Origin: Octopus bimaculoides
Lineage: Eukaryota
Direction of reading: 5' to 3'
DNA length: 64,000 nt
NCBI RefSeq assembly: GCF_001194135.2
Contig: NC_068989.1
Location: forward strand, 53,144,552-53,208,551
Shown here: positions 49,931-64,000 of the stretch, piece by piece
Layout: each line of letters opens with the position of its first letter
Position numbering within the stretch: position 1 is the stretch's first letter
Notes under the pieces: generated by a model
Seen by the model: the letters and a program-made list of their open reading frames with translations, nothing else
What the model was told of the DNA's origin: nothing
Databases searched by the model: none
Program-made: the position numbers and the translations under genes

Positions 49931-52042
49931 TGTCAAACAGTAATGGAAGACAAACAGACACATTTACACGTGCACACACACACAAGCTTCTGGTTTCTGC
50001 CCTACCAAATCCATTCACAAGGCTTTGGTTGGCCCAAGACTATAGTAGAAGACACTTGCCCAAGGTGTCACGCAGTGGAACTGAACCCTCGATCATGTGG
50101 TTGGAAAGCAAGCTCCTTACCACACAGCCACGACTGTGCCTAGTGTTTGTTTTTAGTTCTCTTCATAAATACACCTGGGTTGTTTGGAGTTGGATGGAAA
50201 GAAAATCGATTAACTTGCTTGGAAACTGGTGACAGTGACATCTGGAAGGGCATCCAACTGTTCTAACATACTCTCGTCTGACCCATGCAACCATGGAAAA
50301 GTAGATGTTAAAACAACGAAGATATAAGCGTGGCTTTGTGGTAAGAAGCTTGCTTCCCAACCACATGGTTCTGGGTTCAATCCCACTGCATGGCATCTTA
50401 GGTAAGTGTCTTCTTCTACAGCCTTGGGCCAACCAAAGCCCTGTGAGTGGATTTTGGTAGACAGAAACTGAAAGAAGCCTGTCATGTATATGTATATGTG
50501 TGTGTCTGTCCCCCCACCCCACCTGCCCCACCACTGCTTGACAACCCCATAACTTAGCAGTTCAGCAAAAGAGACTAATAGAATAAGTACTAGGCTTTAA
50601 AAAATAAGTCCTGGGGTTGATTTGCTTGACTAAAACCTTTCAAAGTGGTGCTCCAGCATGGCTGCAGTCAAATGACTGAAACAAGNNNNNNNNNNNNNNN
50701 NNNNNNNNNNNNNNNNNNNNNNNNNNNNNNNNNNNNNNNNNNNNNNNNNNNNNNNNNNNNNNNNNNNNNNNNNNNNNNNNNNNNNNNNNNNNNNNNNNNN
50801 NNNNNNNNNNNNNNNNNNNNNNNNNNNNNNNNNNNNNNNNNNNNNNNNNNNNNNNNNNNNNNNNNNNNNNNNNNNNNNNNNNNNNNNNNNNNNNNNNNNN
50901 NNNNNNNNNNNNNNNNNNNNNNNNNNNNNNNNNNNNNNNNNNNNNNNNNNNNNNNNNNNNNNNNNNNNNNNNNNNNNNNNNNNNNNNNNNNNNNNNNNNN
51001 NNNNNNNNNNNNNNNNNNNNNNNNNNNNNNNNNNNNNNNNAATTGCTTACAGCAACTACATCTGCTTCATCGATAATATTTTAGCTTTGAGCAAAATCCA
51101 ATTAGAAAAAATATAAAAGCAAATGTCTGAATATAAATTTAAAAAAAAAAAGAAACTTAATTAAATCTAAAGACTAAATTTTATTAGAACTTTCATTTGC
51201 TTTAAAAATAAGCGATCTTTAGAGAAGTGTTAAAGAAATGACAAATTTCAACTTTATGCTTCCAGTATTGTCTCTCTTCTTTTTTTCATATTTGTCTCCC
51301 TATCAACTAATAAAAAATTTTTATAAAGATGAATTTGCAATCACAAGATCATAAGCATTATTACTATGACAATAATTTTCAACACTAACAGAGAATGGAT
51401 AATTCTACAGTACAATAGACCACCAAACACTTCCTGGCAGTTTCCTTGAACTCTAGTTTTCATTTATTTAATCTTAAATGCTAATTTGTAAAAGCATCAG
51501 TAATTACAGGTAGCCAACAGGCCAATCACTGGTTCACCTGTATTTCTTAGAGTGAAAAATTTCAAGATTGGTGTTTGCAACCCATGCAAAATAAATATTA
51601 CGAGAGACATAGAAGGCCATTGTTCTATATTGTATCAGTGTCTATAGTTCAACAGCAGCTGATGAAATGAACAATCACCAACACATCTAGATGTATTGTG
51701 AGATACCTTGTGGTGTCTATTCCAGATTTTCTACATGTGGTGTTCTGCAGTGTTTTTTCTAATTCATATAGCCATTTAGTCAAAGTACTGATTACCGATT
51801 TAGTTGCAATGCACTCTAGGTAATTAACACTTGCGATGCCAATTCACCCAAGATGTCTTGTTTCCATGATACAAGCTTCCCTTTTAAGAGGTAAACTCCA
51901 TCAAAATTTCAGCTTAATTAATGACAAAATTATTTTACAAAATTCTTCAGTAGTTTCAAAATTAATTCACATAAAAGCAGTGTAATTCAACAAGAATATA
52001 ATAAATGACTTAATCCTTTAGCATTCAGATTTCTCCATCAAA

Positions 52043-52400
52043 TATATCATCATCGTTTAACGTCCGCTTTCCATGCTAGTATGGGTTGGACGATTTGACT
52101 GAGGACTGGTGAAACCAGATGGCTACACCAGGCTCCAATCTGATTTGGCAGGGTTTCTACAGCTGGATGCCCTTCCTAATACCAACCACTCCGAGAGTGT
52201 AGTGGGTGCTTTTACATGCCACCGGCATGAAGGCCAGTCAGGCGGTACTGGCAACGGCCACGCTCAAAATGGTGTATTTTACATGCCACCTGCACAGGAG
52301 CCAGTTCGGCGGCACTGGCAACGATCTCACTCGAATGTTTTTACACATGCCATCTGGCACAAGTGCCAGGAAGGCGATGCTGGGCACAGGTGCCATTGAC
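52043..52400 (-). mobile_element. RTE-3'-end-related dispersed repeat
   Basis: Near-identical to 63285-63472 (+). Related copies at ~33200-33380, 42720-42840, 46460-46600, 52860-53200 and 55400-55625; ends in (gat)n. Confidence 0.75.
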
Positions 52401-55400
52401 AGTTTTGCTTGCCCCAATAGGTCTTTGCAAGCCGAGTTTCGTTTCCAAAGTGATTATTTTTAGACTGACATTGTGGAATAAGTGTGAGAAGCCAAATGCA
52501 GTCGGTTTGAACTAATAAAACAAGAATATTTTGGCCAGATATGGCTGGTTTAAATGCTAAAGAATTAATTATGGTAGAAGATACTGCTCAAGAGGTTGCT
52601 AAGTGATAGCAAACCTGAAACCAGGTGGCCGCAAAGCAAACTCCTTAATACAGTGATACCTGTGGCCGCCAATTCTTACACGCTTGCTAGACCTTTCACA
52701 TTCAAGAATGCCTCTTGCCTTACACTCAGTCACCCATGTTTACATTCTACATAAACATTTCACCTGATAGTCAGCTACTTCTTCAACCTAACCGCTTTTT
52801 ATTGTAACCAACTTGCATCTGTCATAGCAAATGTATTATGTAAAAAGAATCCAGACCACACCGTGGAGTGGTTGGCATTTGGAAGGCATCTACTTGTAAA
52901 AACCATGCCAAAACTGATCTTGCCTGTGCTGGTGCCACATAAAAAGCACTCAGTCCACTCTACAGGGTCGTTGATGCTAGGAAGGACATCCAGCCATAAA
53001 AAGCATGCCAAAACTCACCTCGCCTGTACCAGTGCCATGTAAAAAGCACTCAGTCCACTCTACAGGGTCGTTGATGTTAGGAAGGACATCCAGCCACAAA
53101 AGCCATGCCAAAACAGACAGTTGCCTGGTGCAGTCTTCTACCTGGCTGGGTCCTGCCAAACCGTCCAAACCATGCCAGCATGGAAGACGGACATTAAATG
53201 ATGATGGTAATATCATGAATTATTGTGTCATGGATCCATCTTTATACCAACACTCATCCACACTTAACCCTATCATTAATGTATTTCTAACCAAAATATA
53301 TAACCTCCTTGACAATGTGCTTCAATTTAATTCGAAAGAAATCAAAAAGTTCAACTGGTTTTGTAAAATGACAACTTTTTTTTTACTAATGCACATATAA
53401 AACATGGCGTCTGGAATTTATCTTAAGAGGCTTTTGAATCTATTATATGATTTTTGTCTCAAAATGTATCCAATTACAGGTAGATACAGTAAAATGTAAC
53501 AAATTTTGCTTAAATAACTCCATATAAAATTAGTTGTCAGTTAATATTCAGCTGGGTATACGACAAAACTGTAATATAGAAGACTCACACACATTATTGG
53601 ATTTTTAATTGAACATAAATGCATATAAAACAGGTGCATCATAAAAGTAAAATAGCTCGAAATACTGGAATTTATGTCTGAGGCAAATACAAAACAAAAT
53701 CAATTTATACATACATACATACATACATACAAGACCTATACACTGATTCACTAATATAATTAATCAAAATTTGTCATTCACCTTACAGGTAAATTGAAAT
53801 TACAAATAAAATTAAAAACTGAAAACAAAGTAAGTTTGAAAAAGTATTTTATAAAATCAAATTATATATACACAAATTAAGCAATATTTCTGTCATAGAA
53901 ACTTGTATTAAATCTCACTACATAACACAACCTTGAGAGCACAAAGTTATTGGCATTCTCAACACAGTTTGAGGTTTTTTTTTTAAACATTTTTTTATTT
54001 TGTTTTATGGAGATTGGCTGAATTCAAAAAGATATATCCTTCCTTTCCCACTAATTTTTTTCAATGAACTGCTGGATCTCAACTACATTACAATATCTAA
54101 TTGGAACTATAGATGATCACATTATGTTTGAGGCTCTCACTATGTAAAATATAGTAAACACATTCACATATGCATGTGTCAGCATTTTAGATTTTATTAT
54201 ATTTGCCACAGAAGAGAAGAGAGCATCTTCACCTTGAAATCTTTGCCATTTGGTATGGTGTCTAGTCCTTGCCTTCATGAAGTTCAGTGCCCTAAGATCC
54301 ATCTTTAGCACTTCTAATCTCATCTTCTCCAGTCCAAGTTCCTTTCACATTTCATATGGACCACTTAGTTGTCATCCTCCACATGAATCACTTACCTGAG
54401 ACATGAACAGTCTCCTCTGTAACACACTAACATGAATGTGAGGACAGACAACAGAGTGAAAGACAATGCAAGTCCAGGAAGCAAAGGAGTATGACATAGG
54501 AGAGAGAGCGAGCAAAAGAGACAAAGGTAACAAAGGGAGCGAAAAAGAAGAGTTATCTACTCACCACCCAGACTTTCATTTTCAAGTCATCAATTTCTGC
54601 ATCGAGGAGAGATTCTTCTTGTGGAGTATATTGATGCATTTGTGGGGTATCTTCATTTAGCAGAATATAGGATGGAATACTAAAGATATTCTTTAAAACA
54701 TAACACTGAAAAACAATTAAAATTCCGTGAATGTGGAGTTAAGATGAGAGAGCTGGAGACAAAAACGCCACCAGAAATCTATAACTAAACTTAGAAGAAA
54801 TGACACAGATAAGAATATGAATTAACCCTTTAGCTTTCAGATTTGACAAATGTAATGCTAATTTTTTTTTTTTTTATCTTTTACCCTTTTACTGGTTTCA
54901 GTCATTTGACTGCAGCCATGCTGGAGCACCACCTTTTAGTAAAATAAATCAACCCCAGGACATTCTTTGTAAGCCTGGTACTCATTCTATCGGTCTCTTT
55001 TGCTGAACCACCAAGTAACAGTGACATAAACACACCAACATCGGTTGTCAAGTAATGGGGGCGGGGACAAACACAAACAGAGATACACACACACACACAC
55101 ACATACAACTGGCTTCTTTCAGCTCCTGTCTACCAAATACACTCACAAGGCTTTGGTTGACCTGAGGCTATAGCAGAAGACACTTGCACAAGGTGCCATG
55201 CAGTGGGACTGAACCTGGAACCATGTGGTTGGGAAGCATGCTTCTTACCACGCAGCCAATATTTATTCACATTGTTTTGCATTAATTATGCATTAGCTTC
55301 TAGCTTTCGGTGGTGTGTTCGAGAATACTGGTGGCACATATGAGCATTGGGCATCATGGCGGCAGTAACAGGTGACCAAGATATTTGGCGATATACCATG

Positions 55401-58400
55401 CTTGTGTAGACTTGTCAAGCCGAGACCATAGTTGTGGCTGATGGCACGTAAAAAACACCCACTACACTCTGGGAGTGGTTAGTGTTAGGAAGGGCATCCA
55501 AGCATAGAAACTTTGCCAAATCAGATCAGAACATAGTGCAACCCCCCTCCCCCACCTGCTCACCAGTCTTCAGTCAAATCAGCCAACCCATGCCAGCATG
55601 GAAAGCGGATGTTAAATGGTGATGATGATGACATTGCAGGGGATATGCGAGAGGTTGGATCTGTCAGTTTGAGCATAGAACACAGAATATTAGATTAAGG
55701 CAGGTTCTGGCCAGTTTAAATGCTAAAGGGTCTAAAATAGACAGAAAAACAAAATGCGTACATGAGTGTGTATGTATGACCCCAAAACAAGCACCTACAT
55801 ATTAAATGTTATAAAGATGTTCCAGATCAATCTTTCAAGTGGATACACTTTTAATCCCACAAATTCGATATTATAATTTGTGTTTACAACTTTAGCTGTG
55901 CTATTCTATCATCTCAAGGCAATTACTCAGTCAGCTAATGTAAACAGGACAGGTAATTCTATCACAATATCATGTTAACCTACTAGCACCAAATATCTGA
56001 CAAATTGTTTTAAGAGGATAAAAACAGTAGTTTTAATATAGTAGAAACAATTTATAGAATCTGACTAAAAAACAGAATGGTAAGGGTTCTGAAGTATAAT
56101 TAATAAGCAATCACTTGGCTAGAAATAGCTGTTGCTCTTCTCTGCCTCCAAGTGATACTTACAAAATTTAAGAACAGAAAGAGTTCCCTTTTGTTACTAT
56201 ATTTCAAACCAAAATACACCCCGTGTGAGTTTCAATTATATTCTAAAATAATCAAGAATTTAGGTTGAAGTCAGGAAGCACCAACAAGATGGAATTTTTT
56301 CCATTTTGACAGGAATTATTCAGATTTTTTGCTTTTAACAGTGCTCTGGACTGTCTTTTTAGCAAATAAAGGTTAGTGACAAAACTTTGTGCTGCATTAC
56401 TTTTGTGAAATTTTGTCAGTGAACAGGTCACAGTTTCAAAGTGAAGAAAATATTTTGACACAAATGAAATTTTAATGTTGAAATGAAACCGGTACTACTT
56501 TTATAGAGGTCCTTTAACGGTACTACTTAAATACAAGTGTTAACAACAAACAAGATGAGGACGAATATCCGTCAAATGCAAATAATGTAAATAATTCCTC
56601 ATTTCTTAAATATAGAACTGTATTAAATACAAGTGTTACATGCAAAATATTTTAAATGTACGCTGTGGACACGTAATGACACCCTAACTCTAAAACTAAC
56701 CTTCCCTTCATATCTTTACATAGATGCATTGGGACCTCTGAATTTAAGTAGTGCCATGAAACTAATGGTTTCTGTATGTTCTTGAATGGCTTACAAGCAT
56801 CTACACTACAATTGTTTTTGTTTCAGCACATGATCTCAGATCAAGTCACTTGCTATGCAAGTACATCTCTAATTTTGTTAAATCACTGTGGATTAGGCTC
56901 TCCAATATTTTAATTTCTAAACAGAAACAATCAGAGGCAGGAAGTAGGATTGCAAAAAATTCATAATTTCTCAAATTTTCTTTTTTATAGCATATAAATG
57001 TATCTATGGAGGGAAATATTGAAAAACATGAATACATGCGAGAGTGATAAAGAAACAAGGAGGTTGTCTTTGGATATGCTAGAAACAACAACCAAATCGC
57101 CCTTAAATCACTCCCTTTTCCCTCTGAAAATATTAATTTTTAAAAACATTTTTTTACCGAAAATGCTCTTACCATGGTTTTGAAGTGCAAAAAAAAAAAA
57201 GCATTAGCAAAAATAGATCCGGAGTGGGATGATGAGGGATGGGATGTAAAAATAAGAGTTTACACAACTTCTTCATACAAAGATGCCCTCCGCCCAACCC
57301 CATCATTTTGAAGACTGGTTTTAAAAAAAAAATGAGGAAAATCTGAAAAAAAATCTTCCCCACAAATTTCTTTATAACAGTAATNNNNNNNNNNNNNNNN
57401 NNNNNNNNNNNNNNNNNNNNNNNNNNNNNNNNNNNNNNNNNNNNNNNNNNNNNNNNNNNNNNNNNNNNNNNNNNNNNNNNNNNNNNNNNNNNNNNNNNNN
57501 NNNNNNNNNNNNNNNNNNNNNNNNNNNNNNNNNNNNNNNNNNNNNNNNNNNNNNNNNNNNNNNNNNNNNNNNNNNNNNNNNNNNNNNNNNNNNNNNNNNN
57601 NNNNNNNNNNNNNNNNNNNNNNNNNNNNNNNNNNNNNNNNNNNNNNNNNNNNNNNNNNNNNNNNNNNNNNNNNNNNNNNNNNNNNNNNNNNNNNNNNNNN
57701 NNNNNNNNNNCCCTTTTATTTATATGACTTTTTCATTTCATGTTTATTTCATTCATTCTTTGCAATGTTCTCCCTCACCACACACACTGCAAAGCTTACA
57801 GAAGGGCTGATGAATTGAAATCTCTATGTTGCTTTGAGGGGAAGGTAAAACCTGACAAACTGCTTCACCCTCTGTTGTTGGACTACTGTGAGGTTTGTTT
57901 AAAATAGAGAGACTGTGATATAATAAAGAAAGCAATACATACTAAGCAAGTGAGCACTGTTATTATAAAGAAATAATTAGATGTAAAATATAAAAATTAT
58001 TAAAATCGGGAATCAAATGTGAAAATATTATCAAGCAGAAAACCGCCCGGAAGGCAGTCTTTCTGCTACTAACTATAATTTTTATAATTATATACCTACA
58101 TCTATATACACATGCATACGCACACACAAACACACACACTTCTATTTACTATCCTACTCAGGCATCACCCACTCCTACCTAGGCATTGTCTTAATTCACA
58201 TACACACAATCGTAACCTATACGTATGCAATAGCTTTACACGCATGGAAGTAAATAAATTCTTAAAAAAAAAAATTTTCTCTAATAATTTTAGTATTTTC
58301 CTATGAGCGTGTGTATTTTACAACTGTACTTATCTGTACTCATATTCCTGATATCATTTATTGATCTTGATATTGGTGAACAATCAAAGCCTGATGATAG

Positions 58401-61400
58401 TACTTTTGATTTTGTTGTTTAATGCTAGGTCGACCATGATTGAGCAGAGACCTATGATCCTCCAACCATGACAATTCCATCCGTTTGAAGAGGACATATA
58501 GGAAAGACTACAATAGTTAACATGCTAGCCCACTTTTTTTTTTTTTTTTCAAGTGAGTGGGGAGAGTTTTGAAAGAGATTACACAGCTATTTCTAACAGG
58601 ACTGAACAACGACATAGTATTTACTGGTGGTGGTTTCATCGCTAATGAGGAAACTCAACACAAACAGCCTTTCAACTAATTAAACTTAACAGACACTGCC
58701 TTCAAGCCACACCGTACCAAGATAATATAGTCCCAAATACATAATGCTTGGGAGAGAAGCAAACCTGAACAAAATACTGACCACCCCCACTTTAATCATC
58801 ATGGTAGACTACTAGCTTCTGGTGTTTAAGCTCAAATCCGGTGTAGGTATTATATTATCTCTGGACAGGATATACCTAATTTTGCACTGCTTTTACCAGT
58901 CTACAGAACTGGTTATCAAGGATTTTCTAGAGAAAATTAACTGTGCTAGGTGACTGAACTGCCAGTCAGGTGAAAGTTGTTTAATTTTAGCCAGTCCTGA
59001 GAACTGTATTGTGGATCAGGTTAATTAATTAGTAATGAATCTGTACCTAGAATATATATAAAAATTCTAGTGCTGATCTCTCAAAGTAGATAGAAGATGT
59101 GGCGGTAGAAGACCCAGGAAGACATGGGATAAAGTAGTGAAGAATGACCTCAGGTTGCTGAACATTTCTGGCAAGATGACAAAGGACCGAGATACATGGT
59201 GCCTCGTGGTACTCAAAATCACCCATGCTCCACAGCAGAAGTGTTAAGTCAAGTCTGATCCCTCTGATGGAGGGGACTAACTGACAAGATTCCTGTGCTA
59301 GTGCCACACAAAAACCATTCGTGGCTGAGCTACATAATAGTGCCCATGCAGTGTCACATAACAGCACCTATGAGGTGCTACATAAACGCACCCAACATAC
59401 ACTGTAAAGTTGTTGGCGTTAAGAAGGGTAGCCAGCTATAGAAACCATGCCAGCTCTGGTCAAACCATCCAACTCATGCTAGCATGACATCCATTCATTT
59501 TCCAAACCACACTCACAAGACTGAGCACAGCAGAAGCTAATGGAACAAACTTATTGAGTGATTAAAATTTAGTAGTGAGCTGCTCCCTTTAAATGATACC
59601 TATTTACAGTTCAGTGGACTGAGCCACTGAAAACTGAGCAGGTTTTGCCCTCCAAACAGTGCAACAATAATTGCAGGATATGAAGGATCAATCTTTCAGT
59701 TAATTAATCTGTCACTAAGTTAACATAGTAAGCTGCAAATCATATCTTTTTTATATGCTGGCATGGTTTGGACAAGTTATGCCAATCAAGTTAGTTATTT
59801 AGTGTTTACTGACCTACTAGACGGCTTGGAGAAGGAGACTTCCCAATTTTGTTAGTTTCTATGCTAAAATGTAACCTCAACTCTTCAGAGTGTACTGGGT
59901 GCAGTTCAACGTGGAACCAACACTACAGGGGTCATCATATCTTGGTCAAGACTAAAAAGGTCCTTTTGATTCTTATGTTGTCAGCTTGATTCACTAACCA
60001 CTTTAAAGAGTGCATTGGCTGCTTTTTATTGTAGCAACACTGGTGAGGTTGCTGTGTAACTCATAACCTACAGAACATCCCATAACAACAGGAGAGGGAA
60101 GTGTGATGATATAAGTTGAACTTAAGGTGAGGTTTCAAAGGAACTGATGATCAATACCCATCATAGCAACAGATACCCCTAACAGTCATCTCACTTGCCT
60201 TATTCAACCAATGAAACCAATATGGTATGCCAACCACATAACTACACTAAAAAGTAGATCTTATCCTGACTGACAGGGCAGAAAACAGGGTTACAGATAA
60301 TGGAGTGGAGGTCATTTGGTAATGCTTTAACTGCTTTTACAAATATCTCAAATACCTTCACCACTCACCATCAGTAAATACTAAAAATACAATGAACCAG
60401 CACAGGAGTCTCTACTGTCATTAGACATGCTAGAAATAGCAGCCAAATTCTGTTAAATCACTGCTGGTAGTCTTAAAACAGAAAGCACACATTGGATAAT
60501 GTTGTTGAATATAATAAAGATATGATGGCTAGAATATTCTTCTCATATTATATTTTCCTGATCAGGGCTGAGCTGGAAGGTTAAACAGCTAAAACTGTAA
60601 TAAACCAACAGGGGAGCCACAAGGTAGTCAATCTACCTGATAAACAGTAGCCAAATTTCTCTTCAATCACACATTGTCCTCAAAAAGAAAGGAAGGACAA
60701 GATGGTCATGGCTGTGTGAACCTTGGGTTAAACAAAAGAAAAAAAAACTGATTTACTGGTAACTATGAAATCAATAAATAGCATTAGGAATAGCAAAGGC
60801 TATGATGCTTAGAAGAGAAAGTTAAAATACATATAATAAATAGAAGATAAACCACAATATAAAAACAATAAATAGGAGAAAGTAATAGCAGTGAATGAAG
60901 AAACTAAAATACATATTCCAAAATATTTTAGAGAGAAAGAAAAAAAAATCAGCACCTGCCAAAGAAAGATAATGTTCTTTCCAGAGAAATGAAAAGTGAA
61001 AAGGAAGGAAAAATTTAGCTTCCATCAAAGAACATTACTTTCGGATCACAGACCCCTTTTAATTTTGTCATTACTCATTAACTAATGTGAAAAATTAAAA
61101 AAGTTTGCTTTTTTTTCTTCTCTTTAATCGCTTCTTACAATGAACACACATGCAAAAGAAAAAAAAAAAAACAAAAAAAAAACGAAAAATTTTTTTAAAA
61201 ATCATTAATGACAAGGATATAACTTATGCTAACAAAATTCATAGAGATATAAAGAGGTAGTGCTGCCTTCTCTTGGTACCATTCACAAGAACACTATATT
61301 CAAAAGGACTGGTTAACAGCTGAATTATATAAATTCGTAACATTGAATCCTCATACAAAAACACAACAGTGTACATCACACCTTAGGAGAGGGACATCGT

Positions 61401-62520
61401 TTGCCGGTCAGTTCTGTGCAAGGTGGTAGGCAAATCTGGCTCATCTTTGAATGGAGGTTATGATTTATATCCTACAGATCAGCTAACCAAGGGCAGAAGG
61501 TTAAATGAATAACAACATGCCTGTTGTTAATAATCCCTTGGTATGCAGATTTCTGACAAATTAAAGCCTATTTATTCACATTGTTCTGAATTAATCATGC
61601 ATTATAGTTTTGAGATTTCAACAAGAAACTGGACATGGCCAGTTTCAACACAAAATGGGTAGAATATCTGGGCCAGGTATGACCGGTTTAAATACTATAG
61701 GGTTAAACATAGAAAAGATGGTCATGCTGGAAGACCTTTCATGTGTAAGCCTAGAGCTAAACAGTAACAGAAAATTCTTTGGATGCTCACTGGTATCCAC
61801 GAATAGTGATGGCTAACACACAAAACCCAAGAACTGGTATTTGAAGAAAGATCAGAAACTAAAATTAAACATATAGGCATAGGAGTGGCTGTGTGGTAAG
61901 TAACTTGATTACGAGCCACATAGTTCCGGGTTCAGTTCCAATGTGTGGCACCATGGTCTTCTACTATAGCCTCAGGCTGACCAATTTGGAGTGGATTTGG
62001 TAGACAGAAACTGAAAGAAGCCCGTTGTATATATGTATATATGTATGTGTGTGTATATGTTTGTCTCCCCAACATCACTTGACAGCCGATGCTGGTGTGT
62101 TTACGTCCCCGTAACTTAGTGGTTCAGCAAAAGAAACTGATAGAATAAGTACCAGGCTTACAAAGAATAAGTCCTGGGGTCGATTTACTCAACTAAAGGC
62201 AGTGCTCTAGCATGGCCACAGTCAAATGACAAACAAGTAAAAGAATAATATTTCAGTATCTTAGACAGAATTCAAAGAATGTGGGACTTACTCTACCATT
62301 ATCATTCATTTTTAGGGCTGTGAGCTGACAGAACTGCTAATATGTCAAGCAAAATACTTAATGGCAATAAGTCTATCTTTACAGTCTGAGTTCAAATCTT
62401 GTTGCAGTCGACTTTGCCTTTCATCCTTTGGGAACTGATAAAATATGTACCATTAAGTATTGGGGTTGATGTAATCAACTTCCCCCTCCCCTCAAAAGCT
62501 ACTGGACTTGCACCAAGATT

Positions 62521-62747
62521 TTAACCTTTAGCATTTAAACCGGCCATATCTAGCCAAAACATTCTACTTGCTTTATGTTCCAATAGGCCAGACCTGGCAT
62601 CTCATACCTACCCCAGAATGTCATTTTGAACACAAACACTAACAGTATCGAAATCTCGAGGTTACAAGATAATGCAGGATAAATTCAAAACAATGTGAAA
62701 AAGTAAGCGTTACATTTGACAGAGTAATCTGAATGCTAAAGGGTTAA
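62521..62747. mobile_element. piggyBac-type TTAA MITE
   Basis: TTAA-cctttagcattta … tgaatgctaaaggg-TTAA. Related copies at ~37480-37680, 40720-41225, 44520-44745, 46233-46440 and 61500-61706. Confidence 0.8.
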
Positions 62748-63239
62748 GCAAATATTAACCTTTCGTCCGTGTGTCACATACAAAACGCAGAACACATTTC
62801 CCTGGTGTCCATGCATCAAATGATACACATACACAATTTTTTTTTTCAGCCAGAGTTACACAGGCCTTATAAAACGAAAGCTTTATATTACTCAGAATGT
62901 ATGAAATGGGGGGAGGGGGCTAACTACCAGTCTGAAAACAAGCATGGACATTTAGGACATACTTATGAAAATATTTTGGACAGGGAGAGAGTTGAAAAAC
63001 ATGACTTCACTCCAAACTACACCATTTCCTCCAATGGAATTAGACACAAACCAGCAATGGTCTTAGAAATAGCAATCAAATTTCCGTCAAATCATAACCT
63101 ACAGACTTAAGTAAAGTTACTTTTTATATTGAAGTCTTAGATGTACTGTGTCTGAAATAAAAACCATCACCACAAGAATCATAGATACACAATATCAGAA
63201 CACATCTTTACAGTATGTGCATGTCTAAAGCATATCTCA

Positions 63240-63277
<38 letters not shown>

Positions 63278-63481
63278 CGCTTGACTGGCCTCCGTGCGGG
63301 TGGCACGTAAAAGCACCCACTACACTGAGTGGTTGGCGTTAGGAAGGGCATCCAGCTGTAGAAACTCTGCCAAATCAGATTGGAGCCTGGTGTAGCCATC
63401 TGGTTTCACCAGTCCTCAGCCAAATCGTCCAACCGATGCTAGCATGGAAAGCGGATGTTAAACGATGATGATTATATATAG

Positions 63482-63516
<35 letters not shown>

Positions 63517-63862
63517 TACATACACACACACACTTGCAATCAATGTTTCAATGAACGTTTGTAATTCTGTGCATGCACTTACATGCACTCGATAACTGCC
63601 ACAGAGTGAATGTACACACACTGATGCCTCTGTATAAACGATCCTACTATAAACATATATTCGATAACATAATTGCCCTTTGTAGTTGCTAATTATATAT
63701 GCACACATCATGAGAAATATGTATGTGCATGCAATCAAAGCAACGGCGATAATAATTTCTCCACATATGTACACATGAGAATAAAAGTCTTCATCTATAT
63801 ACACCTAAGATGTAGCAGTCGTGCATTTCTCATATACATAAATAGATATATGTATATAGTTG

Positions 63863-64000
63863 CACACACACACACACACACGTACGTCTATACAAACACA
63901 CACACACACGTACGTCTATACAAACACACACACACACACGTACGTCTATACAAACACACACACACACACGTACGTCTATACAAACACACACACACACACG
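63863..64000. repeat. 28-30 bp minisatellite cgtacgtctatacaaa(ca)n
   Basis: Units start at 63881, 63909, 63939 and 63969. Confidence 0.95.

Noticed and set aside
57753-57935. CxxC-containing ORF (PFCKLCSVCGEGEHC)
   Set aside because: Short, no clear splice sites, and does not fit C2H2 or another finger pattern
63863-64000. CRISPR-like regular repeats
   Set aside because: Spacers are just (CA)n, with no unique spacers and no cas genes; eukaryotic minisatellite

Overview
Eukaryotic, AT-rich, gapped scaffold. The SINE and MITE families look like octopus (cephalopod) repeats; this is inferred from recall, not from a database search. The window has two regimes. (1) 1-~24.8 kb is a densely nested transposon graveyard: Penelope-like elements (PLEs), CR1, RTE, R4/Dong and piggyBac. 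About 16 of 17 orientable pieces lie on the + strand, and several carry hammerhead ribozymes. Embedded in one PLE is a parvovirus-derived segment (~723-3633). It holds a TATA/Inr promoter and a stop-free VP1 capsid ORF with a PLA2 domain. It also holds an overlapping +1-frame ORF for a ~123-aa predicted membrane protein and, downstream of a gap, a probable NS1 HUH-nickase fragment. (2) ~25-64 kb is SINE/MITE/microsatellite-rich intron-like DNA with two in-phase exons of an unidentified minus-strand gene, a solo LTR, hAT and TTAA MITEs and a Helentron/DINE-like element. No rRNA, tRNA gene or CRISPR array was seen. TE boundaries are approximate unless a TSD/TIR is given.
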